Shown: positions 54,164 to 64,000 of the stretch, piece after piece
Position numbering within the stretch: position 1 is the first letter of the stretch
Layout of the letters: every line of letters starts with the position of its first letter
Assembly: GCA_964247055.1 (NCBI GenBank)
Contig: OZ176051.1
Coordinates: forward strand, 6,076,001-6,140,000
Origin: Paragordius varius
Taxonomy: Eukaryota; Animalia; Nematomorpha
Reading direction: 5' to 3'
Length of the DNA stretch: 64,000 bases
The notes under the pieces: generated by a model
What the model saw: the letters and a program-made list of their open reading frames with translations, nothing else
Told to the model about the DNA's origin: nothing
Database searches by the model: none
Program-made: the position numbers and the translations under genes

Positions 54164-55329
54164 CAGTGGTTGTTATACTATGGGTCGAGACCCTAGGGGG
54201 CGAGTGATAAAAAACAATTTAACATAAATGTTTTTAACTTGTAAAATTATTGAGATAAAGAAAAATAAACATCATCGTAAATAAATATTTTGTTTCGAAA
54301 AGTATGTTTATCCCAGCTAAATTCCATTCATGTATAAATTTTAAGGATGAGATTGAAATATTTTTAACTGAACGAAAATGTGAATTTGCTGCTTTTTTTC
54401 CAAAATGTCTTGTTATCCAAGCTGTGCTATTTTTCAGATATTTTCGCGAAGTTCAACGATTTTAACTTCTCTCTTCGAGGAAAAGGTTGGGATAAAGATA
54501 AAATTGAAAGTTTTATTAAAAAGATCTGCATTTAGAAAAGAAGAATAATAAAAAATTTCGAGTGTCGACAATTTTGAATTGAGAAAATTCATTGCATGAC
54601 TTTTACTGCAAAAACTATTGTAGATACTTAAAAACGCTAGAAATACATTTCCGTTATATTAAATATTTTACAAAAAATAGTGATTTAAAAGCCGTTTGGC
54701 TTAAGTGAAATAGATGATTTGTGTCTTAAAGCTCAAAAGGAATTTTCTCCGCTTTCGTGCAACTTAAACTTAAAACTACAATTTCAAAGTCCTTGACTGA
54801 AATCTGGATCGGAACTAGAACTGAATTTCCCACAATCGCCGATATGGCTGTAAATATACCTCTGCCATTTAACACCACATATTTTTGTATTGATTTTCAG
54901 CTTTAACACATAAAATCCCCATATTGTTCAGCGATGAAAAAAATGTTGAAGAGGGCTTACGTCCAGAAGTTTCAAACATTATACCAAAATTTGATTTGTT
55001 AGGCAATAAAAACAGGCACATCCATCTCATTAATAAGGTAAACTTTAATTAAATATTTACCGCGCAACTACTTGGTTATATTAAGAGAATGAAGACGGTC
55101 AAAATTCACTTTTGTTTTTTTAAATAAAAACATTTCTATAACATTTTGTGCAAATTTCAATTTTCAATTTTAATATGTTTCAAACAAATTATTATATATT
55201 TTCATATGCATAGGTATATTGTCACCTAATAAATATATCATCATATTAATTTTTTTTTTATATTTGTTGGGGTCGTTAAGAAACTCGCAATCATAAATGG
55301 GGTCGGGAACAAAAGTTTAAGAAGCCCTG
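54164..55329 (+). mobile_element. Internally deleted Buster/Charlie-type hAT
   Basis: TIRs CAGTGGTTGTTATACT and AGTTTAAGAAGCCCTG. TSD GTATATGC/GTATATAC. Remnants LCYFSDIFAKFNDFNFSLRGK and WIGTRTEFPTIADMA...LPFNTTY. Confidence 0.85.
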
Positions 55330-56255
55330 GTATATACAACAAAGGAAACTATATTGGCTATTTTCACTTTTGACTATTAGTAGCCAATAATTCTCTTGCA
55401 TATGTTATTTAACAATAATTAATAACTTTCTAGCTATATATACTTACTTCTACTGTAAATTTCGAAGCATACAAATAATAAGTTTGATTAATTAATATAT
55501 ATTTGTCCTAAATATTCAATATTAAAATTTTTAATTTGGAGAAATATAAAAGTACATAAAGTGCTAGAAAACTTTTCAAAAGGACAACATTAATATAAAA
55601 CAAAATAAATATTCATTTATTATGCGGGAATAAAAATTATCTTGATTTTGCAAACAAATTAAATATTTTACACATTTTTAATGATAGATAATAACCAAAT
55701 CAAATATGAATTAAAAAATCCTGCTGAGAGTTTTAAGTGTATATAAATAATGAAAACTCTTAATTAATTCTTACGGAGTAAATGTAAATTAAGAGCTGAA
55801 TTTGAATTTTTCCAAATTACATGGACAAATGCCAATTTAAATATATAAAATAATAGTTGTGATTTTAACATTTTCTTACCATGTGGTAGTTTAACATGGA
55901 TCCACTTAGATTCAATTAAATATTTATGAACAAGTCAAATATACATTTTGACACTATTTCCAAAAATATATTTTGAATAATTACACTGTAACACAACTTT
56001 TTTTGGATCTAATTTTCTTAATATCTGATTTTTTATGGTAATGTGATTAGATTTGCGTATTTATTTACCCAGCTCGTTTTCGAGATATTGAACTTTTTCC
56101 ATATTTGGACATATTCAAAATTTTCTTGTTTGTAAATATTTTTCGCTATTTAAACAAATAATATGTGGATAAGTATTTTTACAACAAATAACCAATTTAT
56201 CTTCAAAATAAAAAAATAAATCTCAAAATATCCAATACTTTTTGTTTTGGTGGGT

Positions 56256-58219
56256 AAAAACCCTCAAAAATTGGGTAACTTAACATTTGACACAAATATT
56301 TTTATCAATTTATTAAATAAAACAAATATTATATGTTCTTTGATGTTAATAATGTTTGATTAAGTATAAATATCACTTTGTAATAGCTTTGTGGACTTTG
56401 ATTTTTAAAAGTAAATTTAATTTTTACAGCTTTTTTGCTGTTTTTTTTATGTAAAAAAAGATTTAATTTATCAGCTGTAAATACTATATTCATTTTTTCA
56501 TCTGAAATTTTTAAATATTTACCATATATGAAGTGTTCAACAATACTAAATTTTATGCCATAAAATATAATCCTAACCAAATATTTTTTTATTTTAAAAC
56601 TTAGGATGACTGACGAGTTGTTATGTTTAATTTAATTGTTTGGGGTGAAAAAGGACATATGCCAATATATAGCTTGGTTGTGAATGCTTTCATTTAAATA
56701 TAAATGCAACCTTGCTCTAAAACTATATATAATAATGCAATATATTTTCTACACGATATATGTATTTTTTTATGCTATGATAAATTCTTTTTTTCGCTTA
56801 TTACACGGGTAAAAATATTGTATCTCACAGCAAAAATCTATGTAAACTATTTAGAGGGGGGGGGCTTGGGCCGTTCTAGTAGGAAGTACTCATAGAGAGG
56901 GTGAATATGCCATAAATGCTTTTCTTATCGTATCGTCTTTGTGTAATGACTAGCCATTGTATCCGTATAGAAGCTGTCTGTAATATTTGCGGTCCTGCCA
57001 GGCGTTATCATCTATGTTGGCAACATTTATATCATTATTTATTGTTTTTTCCTAGTAAGTAGTTGGTCTACCCCTGTTATTGTTACCTTCGAGAGTAGTG
57101 TGTATTATTATGAAAAAATTTTGCATCCGATTTTCTATGTTCATTAGTTTTTTCTCCATTAAATCTGTCATCGGCCAAGTCTCGCTTCCATACAAGAGTA
57201 TGGGACGTATGTTGGCTTTATAAAAACCTTTGTTTTTTGCTGATATGTGTTTATTTTAAAGCACAAATTTGAGTTAATGATATTTTAACCAAGCCTGTTG
57301 GGATTTATATTTATTAATTTATTCTACCTAGGCAATGTATGACATCGCCCAAGTATTTAGAATTATTTACCAATTCGATTTTGGCGTCTGCCATATAAAA
57401 GTATTTTAATGATTTCTTTCATTCATTTTTATAAAAATAATATATCGATTTGCAGGTATTTATACCATGACAAAGTACTTAATCGCAACAATTTGTTCAC
57501 ATCAGCTAATAGATCAGCTTTCACTATGGACGACTGTGCAGAGAAAATTGGGGAATATGCCATATCTTAATTAAAGCGTTTAAATACATTAATAAATAAT
57601 TTCATCATAATATATTGTATGCAAATCCTAATTATAATCATTTATTAGAGTGAATAATTAATATATTTTTGGTCAGGAGATTTTAAGACACGGATTATCT
57701 ATTTAGACTTTAAAAGTAAATTAGGGAGAAAATAAAATAATAATTTATTTATTCATATATATTCGCAAATTAAATTTATATTGTTTCGATAGGTTTTTTC
57801 GAAGGGTTTCAAAAGTTGATGTCCCTTTTCACCCCAAACAATTAAGTTATTAAACATAACAACCCGTTAGTCATCCTAAATTTTAAAATAAAATTACTTG
57901 GTTAGGATTTTATTTTAAGGCATAAAATTTAGTATTGTTGAACACATCATATAAAGTATATATTTAAAAATTTCAGATGAAAAAATTTAATACTTACAGC
58001 GTAAAATTAATCTTTTTTTACATAAAAAAACAGCAAAAAAGCTGTAAAAAAATTTATATTTATAAATTAAAGGCCACAAAGTTATTACAAGGTGACATTA
58101 AAACTTAAACAAACATTATTACATCCAAGAACATATAATAAAGTTTGTTTTTATTTAAAAAATTGATAAAAAATATTTGTGTCAAAAATTGTTAAGTTAC
58201 CCAATTTTTGAGGGTTTTT
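56256..58219. mobile_element. Foldback/Mutator-like element with about 400-bp TIRs
   Basis: 56256-56657 is the reverse complement of 57821-58219 (about 85% by eye). No clean TSD. Confidence 0.72.
56890..57245 (-). mobile_element. RTE LINE 3' fragment inside the foldback spacer
   Basis: The reverse complement encodes YKANIRPILLYGSETWPMT, a typical RTE C-terminal motif. Confidence 0.75.
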
Positions 58220-59233
58220 GCACATTTGCTTATGAACACTCCCATCCCTTGAGCGAATGTGTCAGAGGTTTTGATTGTTGTGATCGATTAAAATTATTAC
58301 CATTGCTATAATTGGTATTATTATTATATTTTTTTAATGGACATGCTGGTAATATTGGCAATTGACATTGTCATGGTTGTTGCACTTTGGACTCTATCTC
58401 CACGATTGTTGTGTTAGATTAGTTTGGATTCGCTTGGCTAATAGATGTTCACTTGAAGAGATGAGGGAAGATAATTAAGAAATGTGAAATGAATTTATTC
58501 GGTTTTTTTAGGATTTATATACACTAATTTTAGTTGCACATAATTTGCATTATAACAATAAAATTTCAAGTAACAAAGGATATAATATATACATAGTACC
58601 AAAAAAAATATAGAAAATATTACAATTAATATACGCTGAAGATTATGATATACAACCAAGGTATGTATTTCCAATTTGCATGTACCACAGAAAATTATGA
58701 TATAAAAAGAAAATTTATATTTCTTATTTGCATAACAATGTCCCTAAATTAAAATATTTTTTTTGTTGCCATATTATTAATTGGTCAAATTATAAGATAA
58801 TCGATTTTTTGGTTTGTTATTAAAAATACCTTAAATTAGGTAATTCCTAATTATGGAATATTATTGCATGAGAACTTTCGATTTTTTTGCACATACTTTG
58901 GTTTCGATCATAAACATCTTACATTAGTATTTAGAGGAAACCGCAAAGGATTGGTATACTTAGTTTTGGCATGAAATAAATATTAAAATATATAATGTGC
59001 TGAAAATATATTGTATTTCAATATACATTAAGGCAGAATATTCAAAAAATAAATGTTAAAAACATAGCGATAACTCGTTATGGTCTGTTATTATAATCGG
59101 AGTTGTGAGTTCATTCATTATATATTATTGATACTCTTTGTTTATAAACAAACTTAATGTTGAGTCTTTTCTATCTAAATTATCCATTTTATTATTTACA
59201 ATTTTTTATCAAATATATTTTGCGATGTTGTTA

Positions 59234-59340
59234 ATGATACAACTATTGATAATATTTTACTTGGCTCCATATATCGGAGCAGGTAAAACCTGTATGACTG
59301 AAGCAGAAATAGTGGCAATGCAAGCCATATTCCCTCTCAA
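59234..59340 (+). CDS. Secreted protein copy B, exon 1 (signal peptide)
   Basis: MIQLLIIFYLAPYIGA-GKTCMTEAEIVAMQAIFPL, with AA|GTAATT donor. 26 of 35 aa are identical to copy A. Confidence 0.8.
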
Positions 59341-59752
59341 GTAATTATATAATGTGTTGAAGGTTAAAGTTTTAGGACAGTAGGAGCAAAAATACATTGC
59401 TAATTTTTAAATATTGACAGAATTTATAACTGGAAATATTAAATTAAAATTGTTATTTTTTTCCTTTTTCTGCTTTTAGGCAATATTTTTTTCATAGCAA
59501 TATGCTATATAAGTAATTTTAAATCGGATTGCATTTTGAAACTTCTAATGGGGATATATAAGCTTTTGACAACTCACGGTCTTAATCTTTAATACATACA
59601 TTAAGGCAAACCAATTAAGAAAATTCTTATAATATTTTGAGAAATATGTGCTTTTTAATAACCAGGTATTTATCAAAAGGCTTTGTTTAAACTTCTCGAG
59701 TGGCCATATATTTATATAGTTATATTTTAATATTAAAATCTAATTATTTAAG

Positions 59753-59897
59753 CCTCATTCAAATATCAAATTCAACCGTTAACTCCTATAAATGGTCCTT
59801 TGATTTGGTGGCACATCGATCAAAAAATATTGCAGTTTACGGCATAAACCATACCCTAAAATCTTTATTCAACTTTATATATGATCAGCATCCTTGT
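59753..59897 (+). CDS. Secreted protein copy B, exon 2
   Basis: AAG| acceptor, 145 nt as in copy A, TGT|GTAAGT donor. 36 of 48 aa are identical. Confidence 0.8.
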
Positions 59898-60949
59898 GTA
59901 AGTTTTGAAGTTGATTTAAAAGTTTTTTTCTTCCAAAATATTTATTAGCAGGTAAATATGGCTTTATAATTAAAAAACCATGATTGAATAATGTTTTTTT
60001 ACCATTTTACTGATATATTATATTAAATCTAATTAATGTATAATTTTGTGTATTATGGGACGAATTTGCCATATTTTAGATTAAAGATCAGTTTTAAAAA
60101 TTTTAAGAACGTTTAAACGTGAGGCCTAAAATTATTTTTAATCGACCAAATTGTTTTAAATGGTTATGTAAAATATGAACTGCTAACTTGGATAAATGCG
60201 TAAATCAAAATTATTAAGTATCTATGAGAAATAATTTTTTGCGAGCCGACATTTAATTGTTTGTTAAAAAGGGCATTTATATACATTAGAATTTTTTAAT
60301 ATCACATTAACTAACTCCAAAATCCATCTTCAAATAAATCCATGCGTTAATGTGGGCATAATTAAAAATCGTATTTATATATTTAAACTTTTATACAAAT
60401 TTTTTCATCTAAAACCGTATGTTATTATTTGATTTGGAAAAATATTTTATTATTAATTAAATTCGCGATTTAATAAATATTTAGTTATCTTGGGTCGCCA
60501 TTTTCTTATGTAGAATTATGAAATGATAAAAAATAGTAATAAATTAGTTTAAAAAATAAATAATGACAAAACGTAAATATATAAAAACAAAAAGACAACA
60601 CTTTTTTAGGCTTAATTCAACCTATAAAATTATTTCAATACATTAGTAAAATACACAGTTAATTCTGCAATTATCTTTATTTTAAACTTTTCAGTTGTAA
60701 AACAATCATTTATATTTAAAAAAAATTCAACAAGTATGGATGCCTTGTTTTGTCTGTATCATTTTTTTACTCTACCTATTGTTTATATTTTATTAAAAAC
60801 TTGTAATACCTAATATTAAAAATTATCTATGCCATAAAAAAATATTCACTATGAACACTACATTTTGGAATAGTTTCATATCCCTCAAAAAGTTTTATAC
60901 TTTTAGTCGAATTCGAAAATATACTTTCTTTAGTCTTTTGCGCGTATTA

Positions 60950-62047
60950 CACTGTGTGCAAAAAAAATTTGACAATATAATTTTATTTCTGATCAGCTTA
61001 TGACCAGCGTATTCCTTCGCCGTAAAAATTTTTATTTGTTTGCTGCCTATTTTTATATTTAGATAAAATCAAAATCGGTTAAATAGTGAAAATTAAGGAT
61101 AATTAAGGATACTTTAAAAAATAATCATTAAAGTTAGGATATTATAGTTTATTTTCTATTCATAAGATATTTTTATTATATATAAAGCCTAAAATCATAC
61201 ATATATAATTTCTATAAAAACTCAGCTCAAAAGATGGCGGTGTTTTAACACGCTTAAAAGTCACAAAAAATTACAAAACTAATTAAACTCAATAAAAAAA
61301 TGCCAACATTCATATTATATTTAGTAAAAAAGGTTTATATCAAAATAAAACTATAAATATTTTTTTTACTTTTTGTCATCTTGTTTATCAGTGAACAAAA
61401 AACATACTGTTTTGCGAATGTTGTAATGTATATAACTTATGCAAAATAGGATAAAGTAGTGTATCAACCCACAATTCCAAATCCTTGTAATAAGTTTTAA
61501 CACAAATTATTATTTTACTGGGATATGTAGGAATTTTTGGTTGATTTTCCACTACTAGATACTTTAAAAATCTCGTACCTGAAATTCCAAAATAAGAGAA
61601 AAAATTATTATACCGTCATACACCAGTTCGCAAAAAAATGAAAAAAATAACACTATTTTTTTGTTTTTAATATAGAATTTTTTTTATTGAATAAAAAATA
61701 ATGTTAAGATTTTAATAGTGAGTTTAGCTATACTAAAAAATTATTTTAATTTAGATTTAAAAACATTTTTTAGTGCGTTAAAAAAACGCCATTTCTTGAG
61801 CTGGGATTTTACAGACACTTTAACTATATACTTTTAGACTAATTATATATTGAAAATATTTCCTAAAACGATGTGATTATATTTTAAAATATTCTTAATT
61901 TTTACTTTTTGGCCGATTTCGATTTTTTCTAAATATTTTAAAAACTAAGTCCTTAATAAAAAATATTTTGGTGCAAACAAATTCACTAGTCATAAGCTAT
62001 CTTTGAAAAATTTTAGGTAAAAAAATAACCTCTTTTTGCAAACAGTG
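60950..62047. mobile_element. Foldback-like CACTG...CAGTG element with about 330-bp imperfect TIRs
   Basis: Termini CACTGTGTGCAAAAA and TTTTTGCAAACAGTG, with TTA flanks on both sides. The arms match through CAGCTCAA...ATGGCG...TTAAC. Confidence 0.65.
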
Positions 62048-62542
62048 TTATGCAAATAAAATGTAAAATTGTAAAATAAACTATATCTTAAATTTTTTTG
62101 CTGCCATTTTTTTATACAATATTTAGATCCCTAATGTAACAGGCAATTAAATGTATACTGCGGTTAAAAATGTAAATAATTAACTTTAAGAATCAGGCTA
62201 TATTTTACTAACGAAAACTTGAAATATGTCTGTTTTCTTATCAGCTGTTTGTTTCAAACGTTTTTTTCCAGTTGTCCCAATATTAGACTCTAGAAGTCGC
62301 AAAACTGCTAAACATTGTTGGATGATTCAATTTTATCTAAATGAATGACACTTTAGTTTAGAAAATTGTGCATATTTGGACAAAAAAACTTTTTTACTCT
62401 TTTTAATAGTCTGGATTATAAAATTTCGACAAAGGTACAAATTATGCGCCCATTAAACTTTAATCAAATAAAATTCTTCCAAGGTCAAAAATTATCTTTT
62501 TATTCTTCTACTATTCATAATAAAGTGTATTTTTTTAAAAAG

Positions 62543-62728
62543 GTTTCATTCTATTTCGACATCATAACTACGTGTAAATCTAGTTGGTTGTTGTGCGAAA
62601 ATCGATTCGATAATAATAATTACGATAACACGTTCTTATCAATGAATGTTAGAAACTTTACAGATTATAACTGTACGAATACCGAAATGCATCTGCACAA
62701 GCGTTATAGTTCAAATCGGCCAGATTTC
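62543..62728 (+). CDS. Secreted protein copy B, exon 3 (gene continues beyond the window)
   Basis: AAG| acceptor and TTC|GTAAGA donor. 57 of 62 aa are identical to copy A. Sequence near 63950 resembles copy A intron 3 near 43130, so exon 4 should lie just past the window end. Confidence 0.8.
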
Positions 62729-64000
62729 GTAAGACTTAATTTATTTTATAAACATATTTCAACATACCGATAAAAATTTGAGAATTTATTCTTTATATAT
62801 TATATGAAAATCATTTTAAAAATAATTTTTTCAACATTACATAATATAATTTTTGCAAAAGGTATTTATTAAGGCTTATCCCAAAAAATTGGATACTGGA
62901 ACATAAATATTAAGCTTCGAGTGTCCACCTCAACCGCTACATTAAAATTGTATACTTGCGATACTAAAGCGTGATATATCCAGAGATGGCTCTCATAAGA
63001 ATTTAATCACCATCATTACAAAATTAAATATTTAATACAATAAAATTAAATTTAATGTAAAAAAAGTGTAATATTTTATCAAACTCTAATCCTAATTTAA
63101 TATAGTTAACTTTTTTTGTTTTATTTTACAACATTTTGAATTTTAATAATGATTGTTATGGCTGCAATCATAATAAGCGGTCAGAAAGCATAATGTTTAT
63201 TGACCGATTTATATACATTTCTTATTTGCATCACAATATTATATATAAACTTTATAAATCTTGAGAGAAGACAATAGCCAGGAAATGCGACCCATCATGT
63301 CAAAATTTTAAAAATTATTTTCACAAAAAGTGTGCACCATATAAAAATGCCCACATTATAGCAATTTAATTAGGTTAAGAATTTTGATGCAGCATTAGTA
63401 ATATTTCGCTTTAGATTGTTTTAACTTTTTAAGAAAATTTCGATAAAATGATTTGGCTTTAAAATTCCGATTTGAATTGTTCATGACATCTTAATTAAAA
63501 TCATAGCGAATTAGAAAACCTATATGCATGACTTATAAATAAATATTTAAAACAATAAAAAGAATACTTTTACCATAAGAATATTTACCCATACCTTTAA
63601 TAATCATATCGTTTTGGCTAGATATTTTGATTGTTGGTGGAAATAGTGTGATTTAGACTCTTGCACAGCTAAAGAACATTAACTTTTATTTAGTATATGA
63701 GGGAAAAATCGTATGCGTATTATATAAAATAGATATAGCACTAATTTTGTAGTGCACCAAATACTATTATATATAATATGCAAATATGCAGATATTTTAT
63801 ATGCAATATAACATTTTTAGCATGTACAAGCAAGTTTTTTTATTACTTAACAAGTTTAAGGGTTAAGGTATATCGATTAAAAGTTTGTCGTTTTGGAGAG
63901 TAAATGGAAGATTTTTGAATAATGAAAATGCAGATTGAACGCCATTTAAACAAATTGAAAATTAGCCAAAATGTTGATTGATGACCATAACTTTGTTAAT

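Noticed and set aside
58230-58480. GC-richer patch as a possible retroelement gag fragment
   Set aside because: All minus-strand frames I read were interrupted and showed no recognisable motif.
59949-59951. 3-nt micro-exon CAG in TTATTAG-CAG-GTAAAT
   Set aside because: It is not conserved in copy A and cannot be supported without reads.
62410-62434. 25-nt micro-exon in copy B (TAG|...AAAG|GTAC)
   Set aside because: It needs a phase-2 upstream partner that I could not find, and copy A lacks the acceptor.

Overview
This is very AT-rich eukaryotic DNA, most likely from an insect (inferred from splice signals, N/S/T-rich protein composition and TE repertoire). I found no rRNA, tRNA or CRISPR array. 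The left third holds a minus-strand zinc-finger transcription factor gene. It has four coding exons (13352-12637, 7544-7450, 7033-6938, 6842-3700; about 1349 aa), and the ORF track misses the two short ones. The rest of the window is a tandem duplication of a plus-strand gene for an unrecognised secreted glycoprotein. Copy A has 8 exons (27515-50083, about 414 aa); copy B starts at 59234 and runs off the window after exon 3. The duplication unit runs from about 22845 to about 50210, and TEs inserted into each copy afterwards (hAT-Blackjack, Buster, RTE LINE, Chapaev3-like MITEs, Helitrons, foldbacks). Two insertions have their empty target site preserved in a related copy elsewhere in the window. 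The most unusual structure is a 5.7-kb hAT element in intron 2 of copy A, bounded by one perfect 8-bp TSD. It contains a forward transposase, a 1-kb near-perfect inverted repeat and an inverted second transposase copy, so it could yield a long hairpin RNA from the host transcript. Gene models were built by hand from splice sites and phase matching, and identity values are eye estimates.
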